Sequence record: NC_062582.1 | Direction: 5' to 3' (one strand) | Length of the DNA: 64,000 nt | Part shown: piece after piece, positions 39,505 to 47,552 of the stretch | Layout of the letters: every line of letters begins with the position of its first letter | Position numbering within the stretch: the stretch's first letter is position 1 | Position numbers and translations under genes: made by a program | The notes under the pieces: model-generated | What the model was told of the DNA's origin: nothing | Database searches by the model: none | Seen by the model: only the letters and a program-made list of their open reading frames with translations

Positions 39505-39630
39505 ATGTTTTCTAGAAATGAGCTAATCGGTTATACTTTACTGTCAGCAACGCTGATAACAGTTGGCGTGACAATGGTTGTAAAAGGAGTACAGCTTGGT
39601 ATAAAAACTGCAAGGAATAGTCAACCGTAA
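39505..39630 (+). CDS. 41-aa single-pass membrane peptide
   Basis: Read by eye: MFSRNELIGYTLLSATLITVGVTMVVKGVQLGIKTARNSQP; GAGGT RBS; terminator follows. Confidence 0.65.
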   Translation: MFSRNELIGYTLLSATLITVGVTMVVKGVQLGIKTARNSQP

Positions 39631-39636
39631 TATTTT

Positions 39637-39676
39637 GGGCTACCTTCGGGTAGCCCATCTTTTCTTTATTTTTTTG
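39637..39676 (+). terminator. intrinsic terminator
   Basis: GGGCTACC-TTCG-GGTAGCCC plus long T-rich tail. Confidence 0.85.
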
Positions 39677-39709
39677 TTTAAATAAATAACTTACTCAAAG
39701 TGTAATGAT

Positions 39710-39830
39710 ATAGACAACGGCAGAACGCGCAAACGGCGCTGCTTACGAGGAGGTGATCCATAACTCAGTCGTACTCCATATAGCGAACTGTCGGGAAGAC
39801 AGCGGTGAGTACAAAGGGTGCCTTGTCTAT
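39710..39830 (+). ncRNA. candidate structured non-coding RNA with a 16S-3'-end-complementary segment
   Basis: ORF-free, GC-rich interval between two terminators; closing stem ATAGACAA(C)GGCA/TGCCTTGTCTAT; inner GTACTC/GAGTAC and CTGTC/GACAG stems; AGGAGGTGATCCA at 39748-39760. Confidence 0.6.
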
Positions 39831-39863
39831 TGATCTGGCCTATCTAATCGGATCGGTATACTT

Positions 39864-39891
39864 GCCCAGCCTCAGGCTGGGCTTTATGCCG
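39864..39891 (+). terminator. terminator of the hairpin-TTTATGCCG family
   Basis: GCCCAGCC-TCA-GGCTGGGC-TTTATGCCG. Confidence 0.75.
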
Positions 39892-39924
39892 TCAATAGAT
39901 TTTTTTCTAAATCTATATTACGTA
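39880..39924 (+). repeat. 45-bp exact repeat of 21929-21973 (terminator tail plus promoter)
   Basis: GGCTTTATGCCGTCAATAGATTTTTTTCTAAATCTATATTACGTA at both sites. Confidence 0.85.
39892..39921 (+). promoter_or_regulatory. putative early promoter
   Basis: TCAATAGATTTTTTTCTAAATCTATATTAC, identical to the copy at 21941. Confidence 0.75.
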
Positions 39925-39949
39925 CTTGTTAACTAAGAGAACTATACCC

Positions 39950-40156
39950 ATGCAAGGTAAAGGTAAAGAGTATAGTGAGAAAAGAGGTTGGTTTGTTAAA
40001 CATGTTGTTAATAAACAACGTAAGGAAAACAGTATTCCACGTGAGGTCTTCCGTCCACCTGACGAAGACAATGGTGATAATGGGTTCATAGACGACTATC
40101 AACGTGACGGTATTCCTGACCCTGATGCTAATTATAACGGACGACAAGTTTATTAA
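39950..40156 (+). CDS. hypothetical protein
   Basis: First gene after the promoter; start moved to MQGKGK. Confidence 0.6.
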   Translation: MQGKGKEYSEKRGWFVKHVVNKQRKENSIPREVFRPPDEDNGDNGFIDDYQRDGIPDPDANYNGRQVY

Positions 40157-40172
40157 TAGGTGGGACACGTAA

Positions 40173-40418
40173 ATGCATATTTTAGGTAATACGCGTAATA
40201 AAGAATTACATAATCGACCCTATAGAGGACAACCTGTGGAATGGCGCGAAGAGAATGCGTTAAATGCATTAGCTGCTTTGGAGCCATATCTACTACATGT
40301 TGCACGGGTTGACAAACATGTGGAGTATAGTAAGAACCCCGAACAACATACGTATCCTAGGGACGCAGCGTGCAGTAGAAATGATGATATCGGTCAACCT
40401 GTACGAATTACTTATTAA
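40173..40418 (+). CDS. hypothetical protein
   Basis: 81 aa. Confidence 0.6.
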   Translation: MHILGNTRNKELHNRPYRGQPVEWREENALNALAALEPYLLHVARVDKHVEYSKNPEQHTYPRDAACSRNDDIGQPVRITY

Positions 40419-40433
40419 TCAAGAGGTTTTAAA

Positions 40434-40976
40434 ATGGATCTGAATATTATCCGTATAAGCATTCCAATTAATGGTAAACCACTAACTAACGAAAGCTCCA
40501 TTAATTATCGTTACGTAGGTAGACATGATATTGTTGATGTAATGAAAGACGCGCAGTTGTATGCCGATAGTGATGCTCGAGATGTAATACGCGAGTTGTC
40601 ACAGCGAATGGGTTTGCTTAATGCTAGTTTCGAAATTATTAAACTTTCTACGGTTAGTACCACTGTTTCGAAATCTGAGCTACATACTCGATGGTCTGAG
40701 TTCACCGAGGGTGATCTAGAGGAACTTAAATCTTTCCTTAATGGTAACTACCCAGTTGACACGTGGCGTGCCGCTAGTAGTGGTTTGCTTACGGGTGAGC
40801 ACATGTATTACGTTAGTCTTACTAACAAGAATAAACTTAAGCTAATTGTATCTGTTCCAGGTTACTTTGGAACAAGTATAGATTTAGATTGTAATGAATA
40901 TGGTTTTAGTGCATTAACAGTTGACGTTATGGGTTATGGTCTTAGTCTTTATACAGTGTTTACTTTTACTGAATAG
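40434..40976 (+). CDS. hypothetical protein
   Basis: 180 aa; GAGGT RBS. Confidence 0.7.
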   Translation: MDLNIIRISIPINGKPLTNESSINYRYVGRHDIVDVMKDAQLYADSDARDVIRELSQRMGLLNASFEIIKLSTVSTTVSKSELHTRWSEFTEGDLEELKSFLNGNYPVDTWRAASSGLLTGEHMYYVSLTNKNKLKLIVSVPGYFGTSIDLDCNEYGFSALTVDVMGYGLSLYTVFTFTE

Positions 40977-41085
40977 TTATCTAATATAGGTGACTAGACT
41001 AAGAGCAACTGAGGAAGGCTCTTTATGCTTTTAGTCATTAGTATGGAGTATGTAATACGACTTCATTGCTTTTATAGGAGAACCT

Positions 41086-41334
41086 ATGCTTACTTATTAC
41101 GATCGAAACTTTGAAGCTGTATTTGTAGCTACCCCTAGTGAAGCGCGTGTTGAGAATGCTGCTGCAAATAGAGCATTAAGTGAAGAACGACATGAGATGG
41201 CATTACGTCGAGATTGGTGCAATACTTTTTCACGTGAAGAACATTCGCCATTTGGACCTAAACTAGGCGTGGTACCAAATTCTATTGATCGCACTACTAT
41301 TTGTGATGTGGATAAATATCACATTCAGAGGTAG
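41086..41334 (+). CDS. small protein, ARVEN-motif family member 1
   Basis: 82 aa; EARVEN at aa 19-24; AGGAG RBS. Confidence 0.7.
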   Translation: MLTYYDRNFEAVFVATPSEARVENAAANRALSEERHEMALRRDWCNTFSREEHSPFGPKLGVVPNSIDRTTICDVDKYHIQR

Positions 41335-41336
41335 AT

Positions 41337-41591
41337 ATGCGATTCTATTTTACTAAAAGAGGCGACACTAGATTCTTACCCAGTAAGTTTGAAGCTAGAT
41401 CAGAAAATGCTTCATCGGAACGATCAGAGTTTGAAGAGTATTTTCATCTTAATCGTGGACATGAAGACGAGATATGTACTTATCGTCGTGATGGTGATTC
41501 AGCAATGAGTATTTATCGAGAAGGTAATCCCATAAGTGCAGAACGGAATTTAGAGCGATCCACACTTCAAACTAACATGGCACGTAGATAA
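41337..41591 (+). CDS. small protein, ARVEN-motif family member 2
   Basis: 84 aa; EARSEN at aa 19-24; GAGGT RBS. Confidence 0.7.
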   Translation: MRFYFTKRGDTRFLPSKFEARSENASSERSEFEEYFHLNRGHEDEICTYRRDGDSAMSIYREGNPISAERNLERSTLQTNMARR

Positions 41592-41609
41592 AGGTGTAAT
41601 GTGTACACA

Positions 41610-41879
41610 ATGACCAACCACCACTACAAACTTGAAATGGTTATTACCACAGCTGATGAAGCTAGAGTAGAAAACAACCAAGGCGAGTTTGCAGAAGAAA
41701 TTGAATCAGAAATTTTATTTGATCGCCGCTGTAATGAGACCATTACAGATATGATCGATGCGGATGGTGGTTGGACTGAAGGTAAAGATGAGTTTATCAT
41801 GTCCTTTAAGGATATGGTACCCACCCATACTGACCCAATGCACCATTTCACACAACGGTATTATAGGCGACCACAATGA
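41610..41879 (+). CDS. small protein, ARVEN-motif family member 3
   Basis: EARVEN near aa 17-22; ATG at 41610. Confidence 0.7.
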   Translation: MTNHHYKLEMVITTADEARVENNQGEFAEEIESEILFDRRCNETITDMIDADGGWTEGKDEFIMSFKDMVPTHTDPMHHFTQRYYRRPQ

Positions 41880-42133
41880 CTATCATGGCTCTGATAGAGA
41901 AACAACGGAAAGACCGTTTCCAATTCCAATTACAGGCATGCTCTTATCGAGTGGAGAACCCAATTTCAAATTGGAACATAGAGAAAATGATAATGGTGCA
42001 GAATCGAGAAGATGATGAAATTGATTCTGAACTGGAATACGGTACGTTATATGGTCGAACTTCTGAAGTTAATTCAGAGCATATCAACAATCATGGCCGC
42101 AGAGTAAAGTTTCTGCATCGTGAACTTACTTAA
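41876..42133 (+). CDS. small protein, ARVEN-motif family member 4
   Basis: 85 aa; MTIMALIEKQRKD..SYRVEN..DSELEYG. Confidence 0.7.
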   Translation: MTIMALIEKQRKDRFQFQLQACSYRVENPISNWNIEKMIMVQNREDDEIDSELEYGTLYGRTSEVNSEHINNHGRRVKFLHRELT

Positions 42134-42154
42134 TTCGATAATGGGAAAAGCCAA

Positions 42155-42421
42155 ATGTCTATTATGGCTTTGTTAGAAAAACAGATAAAAGATCCAACAC
42201 GCGTCAATATTTTTTCATTCAGTGCACGTAACGAGTCGATGTTTCAGATCGATAGTGTTACGCATATGGAAGAACTGCTTAAACGGCGCTGTCGAACAAA
42301 AGATCTCTATGACTCTGAAATCCATTATGGCCTTAGCCAAGGTCGTCTGGCTGAACGAGAAAAAGATGGTACGATTAATCGTGGTATCCACCCAACAACA
42401 ATAGCTCGTAAACAAATTTAA
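42155..42421 (+). CDS. small protein, ARVEN-motif family member 5
   Basis: 88 aa; MSIMALLEKQIKD..SARNES..DSEIHYG. Confidence 0.7.
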   Translation: MSIMALLEKQIKDPTRVNIFSFSARNESMFQIDSVTHMEELLKRRCRTKDLYDSEIHYGLSQGRLAEREKDGTINRGIHPTTIARKQI

Positions 42422-42433
42422 AAGGAAATACAA

Positions 42434-43861
42434 ATGACTGAACAAACTAAAGTTTTTGATGTTACCCCTGTTGATGTAGTTATCGCCCCTCCACAACCAC
42501 CGGTACGTGTCGTTAAACCACTAGAAGAACTAAGTACCTGTTCTTGGATGCTGGAAAAAGACCGTAAGCTTGCTCGCGTTGTAGTAATCGATGACGTTGT
42601 CGAACACAAGAACGCCGATAAATTGGAACTCTGTATTGTTGGTGGCTGGCAATGTGTATCGGCTAAAGGTAACTTTAAGAAAGGTGATCGTGCGGTATAC
42701 TGCGAAATCGATTCCCTGCTACCTACCGATTATGCCGACTTCAATTTCCTCGAAAACCGTAACTCGGATAACCGTCAAATTAAAGGTAAACGTTACCACC
42801 GTTTGCTCACCGCAAAACTACGTAAAGAACTTTCCCAAGGTCTTCTGATCCCAGTCCCTGCAAAATTCAAAGATGCTCCGGTTGACACCAACCTGACTCT
42901 GGAACTGGGTATTCTGAAATATGAAGGTAAGCCAACTCCTGAACAGCGTGAGCGTGATTCCCGTCCTAAGACGGCATACGTTCGTTTGGCTAGCTGGTTC
43001 CTTAAAGGTCTGAGTGGCGCACTGTTGCCATGGCCTCGTCAGCTGATTAAGTCTGACCAAGATCGTGTACAGAACAAGTCTACTGCATTTGAAACAGCTA
43101 AAGCAGCAGGTACTAAGTTTGAGGTTACCTATAAGCTTGATGGTAGCTCGATGACTTCTTTCTTGATCAACGATGAAGGTACATTGCGTAGCGGTGTCTG
43201 CTCGCGTAACTACGAGCTTCAACTGGGTGGTAAGGAATACAGCTTCTGGGATAAACTCCGTCTGTACATCGGCACCACTATGATGCGTAACCGTCGTTTC
43301 TTCGAGACCTGGAAATGGAACAAAGTTGAATGGGTTAATACATCTGCCGGTGTATCTGATAATTTTACCGAAGCCTATACCAAACTGAAGATTGCTGACA
43401 AACTCTGGAAGTATTATCAGGATACTGGTGTAGCTATTACGGTGCAAGGTGAATTGATTGGTCCAACCATTCAACAAAACTTTGAAGGTGTGGAAGATAA
43501 CCAATACTACATCTACACTGTCTACAAAGATGGTTACAAAGAAGTATTGCCTGCTGAAGCACGTGAAATCGTTAAAGCGTTGGGTCTGAAGTATATCCCA
43601 CTGATTGATGAGGAATGGGTAATTCCAGAAGACTGGACTGTTCAAGACATTCTGAAAATGGCTGAAGGGCAGCGTGCATTTAACCAGAGCAAACAAACTT
43701 TCCGTGAAGGTCTGGTGTTTAAAGGTACAGATGAAGTCATTAGCTGGAAAGCTATCAGCAACTCTTACCTGCTCTGGAAAACGAAACAGGAAGAAAAAGA
43801 AGCCAAGGAAGCAGAAGCTGCCGCCATTACTGAAGGCGAAGGTGCCGGTATTCCGGTATGA
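42434..43861 (+). CDS. RNA ligase, DRB0094-like family (N-terminal tRNA-binding OB fold plus ligase)
   Basis: HKNADKLEL..VGGWQCV..KGDRAVYCEIDSLLP; motif I TYKLDGSS; QGELIG; REGLVFK; WKAISNSYLL. Confidence 0.88.
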   Translation: MTEQTKVFDVTPVDVVIAPPQPPVRVVKPLEELSTCSWMLEKDRKLARVVVIDDVVEHKNADKLELCIVGGWQCVSAKGNFKKGDRAVYCEIDSLLPTDYADFNFLENRNSDNRQIKGKRYHRLLTAKLRKELSQGLLIPVPAKFKDAPVDTNLTLELGILKYEGKPTPEQRERDSRPKTAYVRLASWFLKGLSGALLPWPRQLIKSDQDRVQNKSTAFETAKAAGTKFEVTYKLDGSSMTSFLINDEGTLRSGVCSRNYELQLGGKEYSFWDKLRLYIGTTMMRNRRFFETWKWNKVEWVNTSAGVSDNFTEAYTKLKIADKLWKYYQDTGVAITVQGELIGPTIQQNFEGVEDNQYYIYTVYKDGYKEVLPAEAREIVKALGLKYIPLIDEEWVIPEDWTVQDILKMAEGQRAFNQSKQTFREGLVFKGTDEVISWKAISNSYLLWKTKQEEKEAKEAEAAAITEGEGAGIPV

Positions 43862-43869
43862 AATAACCA

Positions 43870-43898
43870 CAATAGAAAAAGTTCTAAATCTATATAAC
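43870..43898 (+). promoter_or_regulatory. putative early promoter (variant)
   Basis: CAATAGAAAAAGTTCTAAATCTATATAAC. Confidence 0.6.
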
Positions 43899-43944
43899 TA
43901 ATCCGATATAGAAACAAACCATTCAATTAAATAAGGTAATTACA

Positions 43945-45147
43945 ATGCTCGTACTTCGTAACGCTATCGCTCGTGCACTCGGTCGCCCAGTTGTAACTTC
44001 GTATCAGGCTGCTCACTTCCTGCGCCTTCAGGCAAAAGCTAACAAACTGAAAAACCATCGCGTTAGTCGTGGTCTTGCTAAAGATATTGCCAAGTGGAAC
44101 GGTCAGCTGGCTCTGCTGCGCGGCGACAACATTTACGACGTAGCTCGTCTGTATTTCTCGTCGATGGCACAGCACTCCCTGCAAACTGAACTGCGCGTTG
44201 AAATTGAACACGGCGAGACCCAAGAAGAGTCGGCTAACAAAGTAACCAAAACGGTTGAAGAGAAAATCTTGAACCCGATTGGCCTGCGTATGGTCCGTAC
44301 TGTAATGGGTCGTATCATCTGCTCCAACACCACTATCGTTGGCGCATTTGTAAACCCAGGTAGTTCTGCAACTCGTGCAACTTACGATGTATTGGGTTAC
44401 CCTGAGTTCTGCACTTGGTTTGAATCCCGTTTCAAAGAAGAACTGGTTGGTGAACCGACCCCTACTCTGAAACGTCTGCGTCTTGATGGTCAAGGTAACA
44501 TTACCTCGGGTATTGAAACCATTCCAAAGGTTGCGGCTATTCCGGATATCATGAAGTTCTATCCGTACCTGGATAAATCTCCTGAAGAAATGATTACCGA
44601 CTTCATGGCTTCTAACTCCAACGTACTGTTGTTGATCGGTCCTCCGGGTACTGGTAAGTCGAACTACATTCTGCAAATGATTCGCCACCTGGGCTTCGGT
44701 GACAAGATTCACCTGGCTGACCGTGACGACGTTCTGACTCACCCGCAGTTCCCTGATGCTGTTCGTGACATGCCATCTGGCTCGGTAATGATTACTGAAG
44801 ACAGTGATAAGATGGTTATGAAACGTACTGAAGGTAACCAGACAATGTCCGCATTGTTGAACGCTACCGCCGGTATCGTACAGCGTGATTCCAAACTCAT
44901 CATCTCTACTAACCTGCCTTCTACTCGTGTAGTCGATGAAGCTCTGATCCGTCCGGGTCGTTGCTTCAAGATCATGGAGTTCGCAACCCTGACTTCTGAT
45001 CAGGCTAACGATCTGCGTGTAAGTATGGGTAAACCGGAAGTAATCTTCGGTAGCGATCAAGTGACTCTTGCTGAAGCACTGAACGCTGAAGAACAAGTTG
45101 GTGAAGCTCCACGTAAACAAGCATTTGGTTTCAGCCAAGCTGCTTAA
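43945..45147 (+). CDS. AAA+ ATPase
   Basis: GPPGTGKS Walker A, ITEDSD Walker B, ISTN sensor, DEALIRPGRCF arginine finger. Confidence 0.88.
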   Translation: MLVLRNAIARALGRPVVTSYQAAHFLRLQAKANKLKNHRVSRGLAKDIAKWNGQLALLRGDNIYDVARLYFSSMAQHSLQTELRVEIEHGETQEESANKVTKTVEEKILNPIGLRMVRTVMGRIICSNTTIVGAFVNPGSSATRATYDVLGYPEFCTWFESRFKEELVGEPTPTLKRLRLDGQGNITSGIETIPKVAAIPDIMKFYPYLDKSPEEMITDFMASNSNVLLLIGPPGTGKSNYILQMIRHLGFGDKIHLADRDDVLTHPQFPDAVRDMPSGSVMITEDSDKMVMKRTEGNQTMSALLNATAGIVQRDSKLIISTNLPSTRVVDEALIRPGRCFKIMEFATLTSDQANDLRVSMGKPEVIFGSDQVTLAEALNAEEQVGEAPRKQAFGFSQAA

Positions 45148-45161
45148 CTAGACGGTATAAT

Positions 45162-45202
45162 CGGAGAGCTTCGGCTCTCCGGTTGTATTCTTATTTTTTT
45201 TT
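45162..45202 (+). terminator. intrinsic terminator
   Basis: CGGAGAGC-TTCG-GCTCTCCG plus T-run. Confidence 0.85.
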
Positions 45203-45215
45203 GTTGGAGCCGTAT

Positions 45216-45506
45216 ATGAAACCATTAGAGAACGTAAGGGATAACTATGGTAAATGTGGATTACCTGCTATCCATTCGCGTTTACCAGATGGACCGAATA
45301 TAGAATATGATGATGGTAAAGCCTATTACCAGGATAGAGTATATCGCGTAGAGCGCGAAGGCCATGAACAATGGCAGGAAGGTATCTTTCCTGATAAAAT
45401 GGATTGGGGCACAATAATGTTTAAGAACTATGCCTACCATTTTCGTAGAGAAGATTGCTACCGTCCTTATGAAAATATAACCCCTGAGAAACGTAATGGA
45501 CAATAA
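45216..45506 (+). CDS. hypothetical protein
   Basis: GGAG RBS before ATG 45216. Confidence 0.65.
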   Translation: MKPLENVRDNYGKCGLPAIHSRLPDGPNIEYDDGKAYYQDRVYRVEREGHEQWQEGIFPDKMDWGTIMFKNYAYHFRREDCYRPYENITPEKRNGQ

Positions 45507-45672
45507 AGATAAACATCGAGCGTGTCGCCCTAACGAGGAAAGATTTACTTTAGTTTATCCTGGAGGCTGGAAAACTGTAGATCGTTCTATTTCCCGTTAT
45601 GACAATGAAACTAATCGTCAGGAACGTCCAATCCAAACCAAAGATTTCCGCGAGAAACGTCACGGGCAATAA
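45496..45672 (+). CDS. 58-aa basic hypothetical protein
   Basis: Read by eye: MDNKDKHRACRPNEERFTLVYPGG..REKRHGQ; overlaps the upstream stop. Confidence 0.55.
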   Translation: MDNKDKHRACRPNEERFTLVYPGGWKTVDRSISRYDNETNRQERPIQTKDFREKRHGQ

Positions 45673-45715
45673 TTACCTATAAGAACATGGTATATACTTA
45701 AATAGGAATATACCA

Positions 45716-45955
45716 ATGAAACCAAATCGCAAAATCATTAATATGGATTACCGAGGACAGACAGCTCAAACAAAAGGAATGTTTGCAGAAAAACACTGGC
45801 CACGCAATGACGAAACAATTAGTCACGAATTACATAGATCCGACACACGGGTTAGTTACCAGCGTGCACAGCGCAACCTTGATGCACCTGTAAGAGAACA
45901 CGACCAACACGATATGAATGTTCGAAGTATGACTATGGGCAGGCGTTGTATGTAG
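45716..45955 (+). CDS. hypothetical protein
   Basis: 79 aa; AGGAATATACCAATG RBS also used at 33435. Confidence 0.65.
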   Translation: MKPNRKIINMDYRGQTAQTKGMFAEKHWPRNDETISHELHRSDTRVSYQRAQRNLDAPVREHDQHDMNVRSMTMGRRCM

Positions 45956-45986
45956 TCAATACATTTTATTTGAAATCTATATAATG
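45956..45986 (+). promoter_or_regulatory. putative early promoter (variant)
   Basis: TCAATACATTTTATTTGAAATCTATATAATG. Confidence 0.65.
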
Positions 45987-46038
45987 TCTTTGCACCTTAC
46001 TAACCTTATGTAAACAACAATCTTATTAAGGAGCCACC

Positions 46039-46407
46039 ATGGCTATCCCAACACCAGATTCTCTTATTGCTTCTGTAGACCAACCGCTGTTGGATAAAGA
46101 TGCATTCATCGCTAACCTGTCTGCTGTGATGGGTGATGCAGAAGCTACTAAAAATAACTACCGTGGTGCGGGTTTGTTCTCGTTCTATGTAGAAGGTCGT
46201 GTAGCGCAGACTACAACCATCCCGATCATTGCTGAATTGAAAAAAGCAGGTTGGCAAGTACATCAGTTTATGGGTGTCACCGGTTACATGCCTCCATCGT
46301 GGGTCCATGACTTTAATAATGCTGATTATGACACACCAGATGTAAAAGGAACTTCTCAGTTCCAATGGACACATGTACAACTCAGTAAGGTCCCAGTCGC
46401 AGTATAA
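46039..46407 (+). CDS. hypothetical protein
   Basis: 122 aa; AAGGAG RBS. Confidence 0.75.
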   Translation: MAIPTPDSLIASVDQPLLDKDAFIANLSAVMGDAEATKNNYRGAGLFSFYVEGRVAQTTTIPIIAELKKAGWQVHQFMGVTGYMPPSWVHDFNNADYDTPDVKGTSQFQWTHVQLSKVPVAV

Positions 46408-46413
46408 TTAATG

Positions 46414-46440
46414 ACCTCACCTTTGGGTGGGGTTTTATTT
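46414..46440 (+). terminator. intrinsic terminator
   Basis: ACCTCACC-TTTG-GGTGGGGT plus TTTATTT. Confidence 0.7.
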
Positions 46441-46457
46441 CGTTAAGGAGTTACACC

Positions 46458-46799
46458 ATGACCATTAAAGTACATACCCCACGTTCAGTAGCTCGTGATA
46501 TCGGTATCATTAACATGCTTCGCAACAATAGTAATACTAAAGGTGTTTACGCAACAGTCGACGGTGAAGACTATGCACAATACGTTCGTCTGTATGAAGA
46601 ATGGAATAAACATTGTGATAACCCTGTAGCGATGGAAGAGAACTGTATTGGTGAAAACAAGTACGAACTGGAATTCTCTTTCTGGCCTACTGGTAACGCC
46701 ATTGAACTGCTGCGTTTATATCTGAAAGAAACTGCTCAGTGGAAATTGGTAGTTACCGATAAAGCTAATGGTAATCTTAAAATCATCATCGAGGGTTAA
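46458..46799 (+). CDS. hypothetical protein
   Basis: 113 aa; AAGGAG RBS. Confidence 0.7.
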   Translation: MTIKVHTPRSVARDIGIINMLRNNSNTKGVYATVDGEDYAQYVRLYEEWNKHCDNPVAMEENCIGENKYELEFSFWPTGNAIELLRLYLKETAQWKLVVTDKANGNLKIIIEG

Positions 46800-46801
46800 T
46801 C

Positions 46802-47281
46802 ATGCCGTATCCAGGTGTAGGACATGCAGTAAAAAATAAAGTTAAGAATACTGAACTGTGGGAAGCCACGGGTGTTGAAAAACTTTATCTACTGAAGCGT
46901 TGCGCCATGGTGGGTGAAGAGCGTGCCCGGCTGTACATGAACAACGCTTGGATTGAGAATGACGCTGACGGCTTTACCGGATGGCGCTGGGTTAAATACA
47001 ATCGTCAACTCCGACTAGTGAGTGCTGCTAATCGTTATAAAGATATCATCTGCGCTGCGCCTCGACATAGTTGCCCTATCATGACAATGACACAGGCTAT
47101 GTACGGTGGTCTAGATATTCTCCACGAGTATGCTGGCGATGACCACGAACAAGGGTTTATCGATCAATACGGTACGTTCTACAATCGAGTAGAAGCTTTA
47201 GCAATGGCTAATGCCAATGGACAACTACTCTATCCGGACCATGCTCCTGGCAGCGATCTCTTCTCCGAAGGATTGTATTAA
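46802..47281 (+). CDS. conserved phage protein (CAAxRH...QGFIDQ.G.F...LFSE family)
   Basis: IICAAPRH, EQGFIDQYGTFYNRVEA, DLFSEGLY motifs. Confidence 0.7.
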   Translation: MPYPGVGHAVKNKVKNTELWEATGVEKLYLLKRCAMVGEERARLYMNNAWIENDADGFTGWRWVKYNRQLRLVSAANRYKDIICAAPRHSCPIMTMTQAMYGGLDILHEYAGDDHEQGFIDQYGTFYNRVEALAMANANGQLLYPDHAPGSDLFSEGLY

Positions 47282-47541
47282 TGTTTAAAAGATTACGATA
47301 CCTCTTGGGACACATTACAACAGGTTATAGGTATTGGCGTACCCTAGCTGAGATCAATAAGTTCGAAGAAGATATTGACCGTACACCATTCCTTATGATC
47401 AATGGCTATACTGTTTTGAGTTTAGTTGATAAACATAAATATCACATGGAAGCAACAGAACTTACGACTAAGTATAGAAAACTTATCAACAAGCGTACTG
47501 CAATTCACGAAGAACGAATTGACCTAATTAATAAATTGTAA
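47281..47541 (+). CDS. hypothetical protein
   Basis: 86 aa; TAATG overlap. Confidence 0.65.
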   Translation: MFKRLRYLLGHITTGYRYWRTLAEINKFEEDIDRTPFLMINGYTVLSLVDKHKYHMEATELTTKYRKLINKRTAIHEERIDLINKL

Positions 47542-47552
47542 GGAATACGAAC

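Noticed and set aside
39740-39780. Idea that the motif is a captured antisense fragment of a 16S rRNA gene
   Set aside because: Similarity to the 16S reverse complement stops at 13 nt; the flanks do not continue the rRNA sequence.
39748-39833. 26-codon GTG ORF beginning inside the AGGAGGTGATCCA motif
   Set aside because: The GTG lies within or adjacent to the SD (zero spacing) and the frame has no upstream start, so it does not explain the motif. Ribosome profiling would be decisive.
42818-43870. 350-aa antisense ORF opposite the RNA ligase
   Set aside because: Shadow ORF from the sense gene's codon bias; no motif or RBS, and the sense gene is clearly recognisable.
43927-45138. 403-aa antisense ORF opposite the AAA ATPase
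   Set aside because: Mirrors a strongly codon-biased sense gene almost end to end; protein shows no recognisable motifs.
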